Shown piece after piece: positions 43,853 to 52,346 of a stretch of 64,000 nucleotides of DNA. The position numbers and the translations under genes were made by a program. Where the stretch lies: the NCBI GenBank assembly GCA_964293585.1, contig CAXYYS010000001.1, positions 5,755-69,754 on the forward strand, read 5' to 3'. Position 1 is the stretch's first letter; every line of letters begins with the position of its first letter. This stretch comes from an uncultured Acidaminococcales bacterium (lineage in GTDB: Bacteria; Bacillota; Negativicutes; Acidaminococcales; Acidaminococcaceae). The notes beneath the pieces were generated by a model. The model was not told where the DNA came from. It searched no databases and was given only the letters and a program-made list of their open reading frames with translations.

Positions 43853-45333
43853 TACCAGTTCTGTATCCTTTCTTTATTGAGGAAGGGAAGTTGGGCTGCT
43901 AAATCTTTTTGGCAGTTCAGCATATCATACATGGCTGTCTGAACCACGCCTTTATCATAGGTAACATGACTGCCGCTGGCATTCATGGTGAGCAGGCTGC
44001 CGTCGGGGATATTAAAGACCGCCTGGTTCAGGGTGGTGTAATATTTAGCGGTTTGTCCCGCTTGTTTCAGTCCGGCTTCCAGGACAATCAGGTAGCGGGC
44101 TTTTTTGGCCGTGGCCAAGGTTAACAGTTCTTGTAAATTTGACGTCTCCAACTGGTCTTCCGCACTGGTGAGAAAAGTATAACGCGGCAGCAGGCTTTTG
44201 TATTCATGGATGACAAAGCGCAGGATATCGGGCGTGTAGCGGGTGTCGGCCTCTTTGCCTAACGGACGGGCTACCACGGCTACCAAAGGCGCGGTACCGG
44301 TTAATTGTTCTTCCGGGGTGTGGTGCAGGTAGCCCAAGGCAATACCCTCATCCACGGTGTCGTAGTAATATTTTACCGCATAGTCATAATACAGGGAAAT
44401 AGGATGGGACATATCCGAATATTTATTGGACAGGGGAAAGATAATCTCCTTACCGAACTGGGTATAGTTATTGCCGGTGGCATACAGGATCTTGGGAACG
44501 ATATCATGGGTATTACGTACCCGGAGCAGGTTGATCTTGTCGCCGTATTCCTTGGCAAAGGCTTCATTACCCACAGCCGGGGCACCGAAGGTAACCACCG
44601 GGAGCTGGTCTTTGTTCACGCCCATGGCTACCAGGCGTTCCGCAAATAAAGTCGCAGCCGCGCCGCCCAGGCTATGGCCGGTAATCAAAACCCGCAGCTT
44701 GGGATTATGTTGGAGCAGGTTTACCAGGTCATCGGGTTTACCATCCAGGTTTAAATCAACCTTAAGGTCAAAACCGGAACGTACATACTGGTCAAAACCG
44801 CGATGGACCTTGGGGTAGTTTCCTTTTTTGGCGGGTAAGCTGGCAATCCGGGCAAACTCGGCCGGCGTCTTGCCGCCATAATTAACCTGGTCAAATTTAA
44901 AATTTTGCCGCCAGTCGCCCAGGGTACTGCTGCCGCGAAAGGCGATGATACCCAGATCCGTGCCGTCCGGCTGAGCGGGATGCGTCGCAATCATAAAGTT
45001 AGTGGTGACGCCATCTTTTTTCACAATCTGGGGACTGATTTCCCAGCCATACTCGCCCAGATATTCATATTCCAGGGCGGAAGCTTTATTTTTATACGTA
45101 CCGGCGCAGGCACCTGCCGCCAGAGAGATAAGGCGGGCATTATCATAAGCCGTGGCAAACTGAGAGCGGGTCAGTTGCGGCGTCTTCTTTACCACCGGAG
45201 TTTTTACGGTCGCCGTAGCGGCTGGTACGGTAGCTGACACTGGCTGCGTGACAGTACTGGCTGCCAGTACCGGTGCTTGCCAGAAACTGAGTACGCAGCA
45301 GGTTAAGATGAGAGCATGGTTAAGTTTGTTCAT
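43852..45333 (-). CDS. Secreted class-3 (fungal-type) lipase family protein with an extra ~170-aa C-terminal domain
   Basis: Signal peptide MNKLNHALILTCCVLSFWQAPVLA/AS. Nucleophile elbow ITGHSLGGA, followed by a THDIVP Asp and a SHP His. ATG 45333 follows GAGGAG. Confidence 0.75.
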   Translation of the reverse strand: MNKLNHALILTCCVLSFWQAPVLAASTVTQPVSATVPAATATVKTPVVKKTPQLTRSQFATAYDNARLISLAAGACAGTYKNKASALEYEYLGEYGWEISPQIVKKDGVTTNFMIATHPAQPDGTDLGIIAFRGSSTLGDWRQNFKFDQVNYGGKTPAEFARIASLPAKKGNYPKVHRGFDQYVRSGFDLKVDLNLDGKPDDLVNLLQHNPKLRVLITGHSLGGAAATLFAERLVAMGVNKDQLPVVTFGAPAVGNEAFAKEYGDKINLLRVRNTHDIVPKILYATGNNYTQFGKEIIFPLSNKYSDMSHPISLYYDYAVKYYYDTVDEGIALGYLHHTPEEQLTGTAPLVAVVARPLGKEADTRYTPDILRFVIHEYKSLLPRYTFLTSAEDQLETSNLQELLTLATAKKARYLIVLEAGLKQAGQTAKYYTTLNQAVFNIPDGSLLTMNASGSHVTYDKGVVQTAMYDMLNCQKDLAAQLPFLNKERIQNW

Positions 45334-45430
45334 GATGATTACTCCTCGTTGTAAGTCAAATGTAAAAGGCAGTTCTTGTTCAATTATACACATCTCTTTC
45401 GGAGAGCGCCACAAATATTTTGGCGTTGTA

Positions 45431-45439
45431 TGTTATAAT
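45431..45439 (+). promoter_or_regulatory. Extended -10 element upstream of the PL7-like gene
   Basis: TGtTATAAT (TATAAT at 45434-45439). Confidence 0.4.
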
Positions 45440-45466
45440 CGTACTAAAGAAAATGTGGAGGCAGAG

Positions 45467-46225
45467 ATGGATTTACGAAAATTATTTTTACTTCTGGCCG
45501 CCCTGGTCATCCTTTTCTTACAGCCGCTGTGGGAGCGTCCCAAGCTTAATCCGGAGCTGCCGCCCGGCGGTAATTTTGACTTGACGGCTTTTAAGTTGCA
45601 ATTGCCTGTGGCACAAGAGGGCAGGATGCAGGAAATTTTACCGGCCGTCTTAGCCGGCAGACAAGGGTTTACTAACAGTTATTTTTACACGGACCGGCAG
45701 GATGGTTCCATGACCATGATGGTACCCAAAACCGGCGCGGTTTCTCCCAACTCCCGGCATTGCCGGACCGAACTGCGGGAAATGACCGAAGGCTGGCTGC
45801 CTTTTGGCGTCCATACCCTGGAAGCCACCGTGCGGGTAACTCAGGTACAGAACCACACGGTGCTGGGACAGATTTATCAGGCGGGAGCGGTGCATAAACC
45901 ATTATGCCTGCTGGCCTATTTTGCAGACGGGACAGTGAAGCTGATCATGAACCGGGACCCGGCAGGCGGACAGGCTGTGACTACCGAGGTGGCGAAGGTA
46001 CAGCCCGGAGCACAGTTTAAATATGTCCTGGAGCTGAGTGACCTGAACCTGGCGGTGAATGTGGACGGGCGCACTACCAATCTGCAAGTGCCGCTGGTTT
46101 ATGGCGGCAAAAAGTTTTATTTTAAAGCCGGCAACTACGACCAGGATTCCCAGGCTGGACCTGTTGCAACCCTTCCTGACGCCGAGGTACATTTTTATCA
46201 GCTCGCACTCAAACATCAGGGCTAA
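45467..46225 (+). CDS. Polysaccharide lyase family 7 (alginate_lyase2)-like exported protein
   Basis: N-terminal hydrophobic signal or anchor. Motifs FDLTAFKLQLP, RTELREM, GQIYQ (in place of QIH) and FYFKAGNYDQ. ATG 45467 follows GGAGG. Confidence 0.65.
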   Translation: MDLRKLFLLLAALVILFLQPLWERPKLNPELPPGGNFDLTAFKLQLPVAQEGRMQEILPAVLAGRQGFTNSYFYTDRQDGSMTMMVPKTGAVSPNSRHCRTELREMTEGWLPFGVHTLEATVRVTQVQNHTVLGQIYQAGAVHKPLCLLAYFADGTVKLIMNRDPAGGQAVTTEVAKVQPGAQFKYVLELSDLNLAVNVDGRTTNLQVPLVYGGKKFYFKAGNYDQDSQAGPVATLPDAEVHFYQLALKHQG

Positions 46226-46245
46226 GCGAAAACTGTTCTGAGTTT

Positions 46246-47625
46246 TTAAATTCTGGGCTGATTGTCACTTGTGCCGGAGGGGCTGCCGGTAGAAAATTTT
46301 CTCTGGACATAGAGCAGCCTGCCTGCTTGCAGGATAGCGGAAATTAAGATGCCCAGGATCAGTCCCTGCCAGTAGCCATAAGGACCGTGGCCCCGTCCCA
46401 CGTCTAAGTAGTAACCCAGCGGCAGGCAGAGGCCCCAATAGGCAATCAGGGAAGCGACAAAACCAAATTTGACATCCTTGTAACCGCGCAGGATTCCCTG
46501 GATGGGGGCAGCAGTGGCGTCAAGCAGCTGGAAAAAGGCCGCATAGAAAAGAAAATGCTGGGTCAGGATGAGCATGGAACCGTGGGCGCCGTAAAATAAA
46601 GCGATATACCGGCTGCCGGCCAGTAAAATCACGACAAACAAGAGTGCCAGGGTCAGATTGGCGCCGACGCCTATCTTGGCATAATGTACGGCGCTGGCAT
46701 AACGTTTGGCTCCTACTTCTACGCCGATGATGATGGTTAAAGCCAGGGAAAAGCTTAGCGGCAGCATATACAGGAGGCCTTCAAAATTAATGGCGGCTTC
46801 GTGGGCGCCGATAGTTTCCGTGCCAAACTTGGCCATGCATAAACCGACGATACCCCAGATGCTGGTCTCTAACAGGATGGCCAGTCCGGAAGGGATACCC
46901 AGGCGCAGATGTTCTTTGAGCAAGGCCAAGGAAAACGGCTGCCGCTGTTCCAGGTGTAAAGCCTGGAGGGGCGGTAATTTTTTTAACAGCAGGATAAAGG
47001 CCAGCATGAGCAGCCAGCAGGTAATGGATGTACCGTAACCAGCGCCCGGTCCTCCCAGGGCCGGGAACCCGCATTTGCCGAAAATGAGGATATAATTAAA
47101 GAACACATTGACCGGAAAGGTCAACAAAAATAATTTCATGGTCAGTTGAGGATAGCCCAGGGTGTCTACCAGGGAACGCAGGATGATGTTGATGAAGAAC
47201 GGGATGATGCCCCAGGCTACACCGGCCAGATATTGGAGGGCGATAGTATGCACCGCAGGCGTCAACTGTAACTGTTGTAAAAGCGTATCCAGGGTCAGTA
47301 CGCCCGTCACGATAATGCCCAGGCCCAGACCACAGGCCAGGTAGATGCCGTTCCAGAAACTGCCGCTGATAGCTTCCCGTTTACCTGCTCCCAAAAATTG
47401 GGCGACAATTGGCGTCAAGGCCATCAGGATACCATTCAAACCGGTGAAGACCGGCATCCAGATATTACCGGCGATAGCCACACCGGCCAGGCTTTCAGCG
47501 CCGGCATGACCGCTCATGACCGTATCGGCCACGCTCATACCCATGATAGTTATCTGGGTAATGAAAATGGGCAGCATGACCTGCAGGATATTTTTAAGTT
47601 TGGCGGAGGTGTTTTCTAAGTGCAT
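46246..47625 (-). CDS. MATE-family efflux transporter
   Basis: 12-TM protein of ~459 aa with a duplicated MatE pattern (P....Q...M....VD....G). Confidence 0.8.
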   Translation of the reverse strand: MHLENTSAKLKNILQVMLPIFITQITIMGMSVADTVMSGHAGAESLAGVAIAGNIWMPVFTGLNGILMALTPIVAQFLGAGKREAISGSFWNGIYLACGLGLGIIVTGVLTLDTLLQQLQLTPAVHTIALQYLAGVAWGIIPFFINIILRSLVDTLGYPQLTMKLFLLTFPVNVFFNYILIFGKCGFPALGGPGAGYGTSITCWLLMLAFILLLKKLPPLQALHLEQRQPFSLALLKEHLRLGIPSGLAILLETSIWGIVGLCMAKFGTETIGAHEAAINFEGLLYMLPLSFSLALTIIIGVEVGAKRYASAVHYAKIGVGANLTLALLFVVILLAGSRYIALFYGAHGSMLILTQHFLFYAAFFQLLDATAAPIQGILRGYKDVKFGFVASLIAYWGLCLPLGYYLDVGRGHGPYGYWQGLILGILISAILQAGRLLYVQRKFSTGSPSGTSDNQPRI

Positions 47626-47713
47626 GGGTCCTTGTCCTTGTGCTTTCCTTCAAATTAAACTATACTGGTATTAAACAGTGGCTAAACAGGTCTATTGTAC
47701 CGTACCTCAAAAT

Positions 47714-47725
47714 TAGTTGCAACTA
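47714..47725. promoter_or_regulatory. Perfect 12-bp palindrome upstream of mntH (candidate metalloregulator operator)
   Basis: TAGTTGCAACTA with AT-rich partly symmetric flanks (AAT...TTT), 84 nt upstream of the mntH ATG. Confidence 0.35.
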
Positions 47726-47808
47726 TTTGCCCGGCAGTTTTAAGGCCGGGTGTTTATTTAAAAAGTAGAAAGGAACTGCAGGCAGGTGTAACCTGCCGTT
47801 AACTGAAA

Positions 47809-49071
47809 ATGATAAATAAAATTCGCGCTTTTTTCCAGGACCATGATCTGACCAGTTTCCGGGCCCGGGAATTTTTAAGTTATTTGGGACCTGGCATCCT
47901 GGTCACGGTAGGTTTCATCGATCCAGGTAACTGGGCCAGTAATATGGCGGCAGGTGCCGACTACGGCTACACGCTGCTCTGGATGGTAACTTTGAGTACC
48001 ATTATGCTGATTCTGTTACAACACAATGCTGCCCATCTTGGCATTGTGACCGGCGATTGCTTGTCCGAAGCTGCTACGAGATATTTGCCGCGGCCCCTGA
48101 GCAGGTTTGTTCTGGGTACGGCGATCCTGGCGGCTGCCGCGACGGTTATGGCGGAACTTTTGGGTGGTGCTATTGCGCTGCAGATGCTTTTTAACCTGCC
48201 GCTGACGGCCGGAGCGGTGCTTTTAGCAGGGTTCTGTCTCTATCTGCTCTGGTCTAACTCGTATAATAAGCTGGAGAAAATTATTGTAGCTTTCGTTTCT
48301 CTGATCGGTCTGAGTTTTTTGGCAGAACTGGCGCTGGTTAAGGTAGACTGGGGCGCTTCCCTGCAAAGCTGGGTAACGCCGGCCTTTCCTTCCGGTTCGC
48401 TGCTGGTGATTGCCAGTGTACTGGGCGCAGTGGTCATGCCGCACAATCTGTTCCTGCACAGCGAGGTCATCCAAAGCCGGCAGTGGAACCTGGAAAATGA
48501 GACTGTAATTGCCAGGCAGTTACGGTTTGAGTTTCTGGACACGTTGTTTTCCATGGGCATCGGCTGGGCGATTAACAGTGCGATGATTATCATCGCGGCC
48601 GTAGTTTTTTATACCTATCATTTACAAGTAACGGATTTAAAACAGGCCGTGGACATGCTCCGGCCCATCCTGGGCAACTATGCGGCCCTTCTTTTTGCCG
48701 TGGCGTTATTGTTGTCAGGTATCGCCAGTACAACTACTGCTTGTATGGCTGCCGGCAGTATCTTTGCCGGTCTGTTCGCAGAGCCTTATGATATTGAGGA
48801 CCGGCATTCCCGGGTAGGCGTACTGCTGGTTATAGTATTGGCCTTGATAAGTATTTTTCTGCTCCAGGATCCTTTCCAGGGTCTGATTTATAGTCAGATG
48901 GCCCTGTCCCTGCAACTGCCCTGGACTATCGGCATCCAGTATTATCTGACCAGTTCAGCCAGGGTCATGGGTAAATTTGCCAACAGTACCCGCAGTAAGA
49001 TCTTACTTGGTTTAATTGGTATTTTTGTGGTTATCCTGAATCTTTTTCTGCTAGGGGAGATGTTGTTTTAA
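47809..49071 (+). CDS. mntH: Nramp-family divalent metal (Mn2+/Fe2+) transporter
   Basis: Motifs GPGILVTVGFIDPGNW and VMPHNLFLHS, typical of Nramp/MntH. 11-TM topology. Confidence 0.88.
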   Translation: MINKIRAFFQDHDLTSFRAREFLSYLGPGILVTVGFIDPGNWASNMAAGADYGYTLLWMVTLSTIMLILLQHNAAHLGIVTGDCLSEAATRYLPRPLSRFVLGTAILAAAATVMAELLGGAIALQMLFNLPLTAGAVLLAGFCLYLLWSNSYNKLEKIIVAFVSLIGLSFLAELALVKVDWGASLQSWVTPAFPSGSLLVIASVLGAVVMPHNLFLHSEVIQSRQWNLENETVIARQLRFEFLDTLFSMGIGWAINSAMIIIAAVVFYTYHLQVTDLKQAVDMLRPILGNYAALLFAVALLLSGIASTTTACMAAGSIFAGLFAEPYDIEDRHSRVGVLLVIVLALISIFLLQDPFQGLIYSQMALSLQLPWTIGIQYYLTSSARVMGKFANSTRSKILLGLIGIFVVILNLFLLGEMLF

Positions 49072-49072
49072 A

Positions 49073-49104
49073 TTTGACTGATTATGTCTGATTTTGACTA
49101 ATTA
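49073..49104 (+). repeat. Two 12-nt direct repeats with 20-nt periodicity upstream of the orphan receiver gene
   Basis: TTTGACTGATTA (49073-49084) and TTTGACTAATTA (49093-49104). An extended -10 TGtTATAAT lies at 49129-49137. Confidence 0.4.
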
Positions 49105-49211
49105 AGCGCTTTTCTTCCTCACCCGTTTTGTTATAATAAAATCAAGCTCAATATCGAGTACGGACAGTAGCCTGATTTTAATTCTAAATCCCTAATGGGT
49201 GGGAGGTTATC

Positions 49212-49661
49212 GTGTTACACTTTCCTACTAAAAATAGCCAGCCTAAGTTTTCAGTGACCGACAGGTCCCGAGGTTTTGTAAAACCTTTAGTCCTGGTGGT
49301 GGAAGACCAGGAAATAAATGCCGATTTATTACGGCAATTATTACATAAAGTAGGTATTTGTTGCGCCTGGGCGCGCAACGGCGCAGAAGCGGTGGAGATG
49401 TTCCTGGAAGCAAGTCCGGGAACCTTCCAGGCCATCCTGATGGATATTCAGATGCCGGTAATGGATGGCATTGCTGCAACCAGGGTCATCCGGGGGCTGC
49501 CACGTTTTGATGCGGCGCTGGTTCCTATTATTGCCACCACGGCTTTACATGGTCAGGAAGAGAAAAAGAAGTTTTATCAGGCCGGCATGAACGGGTATAT
49601 GGGTAAACCTTATAGCCACGAAAAATTAATTGCTGCTTTGCAAAAGCATGCGTTAGCGTAA
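49212..49661 (+). CDS. Stand-alone response-regulator receiver domain protein (CheY-like)
   Basis: Motifs VLVVEDQEIN, ILMDIQMPVMDG, PIIATTA and KP. GTG start 5 nt after GGGAGG. No output domain and no adjacent kinase. Confidence 0.8.
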   Translation: MLHFPTKNSQPKFSVTDRSRGFVKPLVLVVEDQEINADLLRQLLHKVGICCAWARNGAEAVEMFLEASPGTFQAILMDIQMPVMDGIAATRVIRGLPRFDAALVPIIATTALHGQEEKKKFYQAGMNGYMGKPYSHEKLIAALQKHALA

Positions 49662-49668
49662 AATATCA

Positions 49669-49702
49669 GGAAGCTGAGGAAAAAACTTCAGCTTCCTTTT
49701 TT
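49669..49702 (+). terminator. Intrinsic terminator after the receiver gene
   Basis: GGAAGCTGA / TCAGCTTCC stem followed by TTTTTT. Confidence 0.85.
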
Positions 49703-49751
49703 GATGGCGGCAGCTAATAAAAAATGTTACAATAGTTAAAAGGAGGCTGCC

Positions 49752-50372
49752 ATGAAGAAACTGCTGTCGTTAGGAATTTTACTGATGCTGGTATTGCTTT
49801 GTGCCGGCTGTGCCCTGGGGGTAACACGTGCCCCTGGCGGGGTGCCGCAACCGGCGGTGCAGACCCTGGGCCTGGTTAAATTTACTTTCCCGGTATACCG
49901 CCAGGCTTCAGACCGGGAAGATCAGTTTGTTTTATGGCTGGAAGATCCTTGTACCGGTACTCACTTTAAAACTTTAGCGGTCACGTCTTATACGGCGACC
50001 CAGGGATTTAAAAAAGATCCCGGTATCCTACCGGTATGGGAGCAGCATGCAGGGATAGCTTTCATGACCGGTCCCAGGGAAAAAGATGTGAATGCCATGC
50101 TGGTGGCGACACCACCGGCAGGTATGCGAACCTATCTTTGGTATTGTGATAATGATGCAGGGACCGAGGCAATGCCGGCCCAAACTTATCATTATTATTT
50201 GGAAGGCAATAGCAAAAAAGCGGCGCATGTCCTGTACGCCGGTACGATCACGATTGGAAGCCAGCCTGATCAGAGCCAGGGACTGGCAGAAACGGTTCAG
50301 GGCGTACAACCTCAAGTAGTGGGCACGATCCATGCTACTTTCTTTCCCCGTGGTTACCGTCAGGCTTTCTAA
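49752..50372 (+). CDS. Putative lipoprotein, function unknown
   Basis: MKKLLSLGILLMLVLLCAGC is a lipobox-like signal. RBS AAGGAGG. There is a weak resemblance to DUF2271-type periplasmic proteins (FVLWLEDPCTG..FKTLAVT), not verified. Confidence 0.6.
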   Translation: MKKLLSLGILLMLVLLCAGCALGVTRAPGGVPQPAVQTLGLVKFTFPVYRQASDREDQFVLWLEDPCTGTHFKTLAVTSYTATQGFKKDPGILPVWEQHAGIAFMTGPREKDVNAMLVATPPAGMRTYLWYCDNDAGTEAMPAQTYHYYLEGNSKKAAHVLYAGTITIGSQPDQSQGLAETVQGVQPQVVGTIHATFFPRGYRQAF

Positions 50373-50384
50373 AATATTTACCGT

Positions 50385-50460
50385 AAAAAATACTTCCCCC
50401 GGTACCTGTTCACCAAAATTCGTTTCAAGCGACTGGTGAAAGGTGCGCGGAGGAAGTTTT
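50385..50460. terminator. Long imperfect hairpin between convergent genes (bidirectional terminator-like)
   Basis: ACTTCC...GTACCT.TTCACCA-loop-TGGTGAA.AGGTGC...GGAAGT, flanked by A6 upstream and T4 downstream. Confidence 0.55.
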
Positions 50461-50470
50461 GCACAGGCAG

Positions 50471-52216
50471 TTAATTTTTAGTGGCAGTCTTGCTTAATAA
50501 GGTTTGTACTTTTTCTGTTTCCGGGGTGGCGTAGTAGGTGGTTTGATGAGTGTAGATGACAAAACCCGGTTTACTGCCGGCCGGTTTTTTGACAAATTTA
50601 CGCTGGGTACAGTCTACTGGAACCTGGCTGCCGGAACGTCCCTTGCTGAAATAAGCGGCTAACAGTACCGCTGCTTGCAAGGCCGAGGTTTCCGGGGCAG
50701 GCAGGGAAGTTTTAATCAGCACATGGCTGCCGGGAATATTTTTCGTATGCAGCCAGTAGTCATTACCCGTGCCAACCTTAAAAGTTACATAATCATTCTG
50801 TTTATTATTCTTTCCAATATAGATGGTGGTCTGTTCGCTAAAATGCAGGCGCAGGGGAGTGGATTTTCCAGCCGCGGCCTGTTTCTTCCTGGGTACAGGT
50901 AAAAATCCCGCCTGGCGCAATTCCTGTTTAATATCTTCCACGTCCGGACGGGTGGTGGCCGAAAGCAGGCTGGCATCAATACTGTTCAGATAATCCAGGG
51001 TAGCTTGCGCACTTTGCAGCTGTCCCTGAATTTCTTCTTGCGCCCGTTTATATTTATTGTAACGTTTGTAATAATGCTGGGCATTGGCGGAGGGATTCAG
51101 ATTCGGATTAAGGCTGATCTGCAACAGTGCTCCTGTATAGATGCTGGGTAGTGCACATTGGGTTTGTCCCTGCTTCAGCTGATAGAGATTTGCCATCAGG
51201 GTATCGGCGATAAACTTCTGGTCTTCCGCTTTAGCGGCCGTGGCTAAATCACTCTGTAAGGCTTTTAACTTTTTTTGGAGTTTTTGAATTTCACCGGTAA
51301 CTGTTTTTTGCAGCACGTCGTGTTCCGGCAGCTGAATCGGTTCCAGATGGACGGCAAAGAGCAAGGCGTCATTAATCCCGGCAAAATTTTGGATACGGCT
51401 GCCAGCCGGTATAAAAGTTGCCTGGTACGGAAAAATAGTCTGGCAACGATTTTGTGCCGAAATGAGAACGCTAAAAATAGTACCGGCGGTCATTTCTTTT
51501 TGCAGTTTTGTTAAGGCAGCCTGTAAATTTTTACGATCCCCGGGTGTCAAAAAAGTAGCTTTTACAGGGATGCCTGCCCGGTAAAAAATTTGTTCGGCAC
51601 TGGCTTTGCCAATGCCGGTAGTAGTAGCGATAAAAGTATGCAAGAGAGTTTTATCCACAACATCTGGTAGTGACGTCACAATAGCGTCGGAATCAGTAGC
51701 CGAAATTGGCAGCCCTTTTTGGGGCGGCGGCAGGCAGTATTTTTGTCCGTGCAGGACGACCCGGTACGAATTTACCTGAGCCGAGATATGTTTTAAACTG
51801 TCGATGATATTTTCGTTTTCGGTCAGGATCAGGTTGGCATTTTTTCCGGTTAGTTCCACTACCAGTTTTTTGGTAATCAGTTTTGCACCGGCGCCTAATA
51901 AATCAATTTCAAAAATCAGGATCCGGTCCAAACCCACCTGGGAGATCTGGGTGATGCGTCCTTCTTCTAATTGTTTCCGAAGTAACATACAGAAAGCCGG
52001 AGGACTTTCCGGATTAACAGGCAGTCTAGCAGGTACATAGATGGCAGGGGCATTGCCGCTTAAATCCAGGAGCACGGCGGTGGTGTCCTGTTCCCGCCGC
52101 AGCTGTAACAGTACGGTCTGGCTGGCTGGCATGCTAATCTTATAAATGATACTGCCCAGGATTTCTTTCTTTAACATCACGGCCAGTTGGGCAATGGTGA
52201 TTCCTTCTAAATTCAT
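50471..52216 (-). CDS. rqcH: Ribosome quality-control protein RqcH (NFACT / FbpA family)
   Basis: NFACT-N domain, coiled-coil middle, and a C-terminal NFACT-R/DUF814 region (YWLHTKNIPGSHVLI). Confidence 0.85.
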   Translation of the reverse strand: MNLEGITIAQLAVMLKKEILGSIIYKISMPASQTVLLQLRREQDTTAVLLDLSGNAPAIYVPARLPVNPESPPAFCMLLRKQLEEGRITQISQVGLDRILIFEIDLLGAGAKLITKKLVVELTGKNANLILTENENIIDSLKHISAQVNSYRVVLHGQKYCLPPPQKGLPISATDSDAIVTSLPDVVDKTLLHTFIATTTGIGKASAEQIFYRAGIPVKATFLTPGDRKNLQAALTKLQKEMTAGTIFSVLISAQNRCQTIFPYQATFIPAGSRIQNFAGINDALLFAVHLEPIQLPEHDVLQKTVTGEIQKLQKKLKALQSDLATAAKAEDQKFIADTLMANLYQLKQGQTQCALPSIYTGALLQISLNPNLNPSANAQHYYKRYNKYKRAQEEIQGQLQSAQATLDYLNSIDASLLSATTRPDVEDIKQELRQAGFLPVPRKKQAAAGKSTPLRLHFSEQTTIYIGKNNKQNDYVTFKVGTGNDYWLHTKNIPGSHVLIKTSLPAPETSALQAAVLLAAYFSKGRSGSQVPVDCTQRKFVKKPAGSKPGFVIYTHQTTYYATPETEKVQTLLSKTATKN

Positions 52217-52346
52217 TTATTTTCTTCCTTTTGCTTACATTTACAGGTGTTTGCGGTTGCACTTAGTTCTTATTTACGCTATAATAAGAATACATTCCTT
52301 ATGGTTAGTATAACACAACTTATGCTATTCGTGCGGAGGTTTTGTC

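Noticed and set aside
45248-45466. A 73-codon N-terminal extension of the PL7-like ORF in the ORF track.
   Set aside because: The extension overlaps the divergent lipase gene start and promoter region. A GGAGG-ATG arrangement at 45467, followed by a hydrophobic signal (MDLRKLFLLLAALVILF), marks the real start.
47626-47808. A yybP-ykoY (Mn2+) riboswitch upstream of mntH.
   Set aside because: I could not find the conserved four-way-junction core sequences. Only a palindrome and simple hairpins are present, and these are reported separately as a candidate operator or attenuator.
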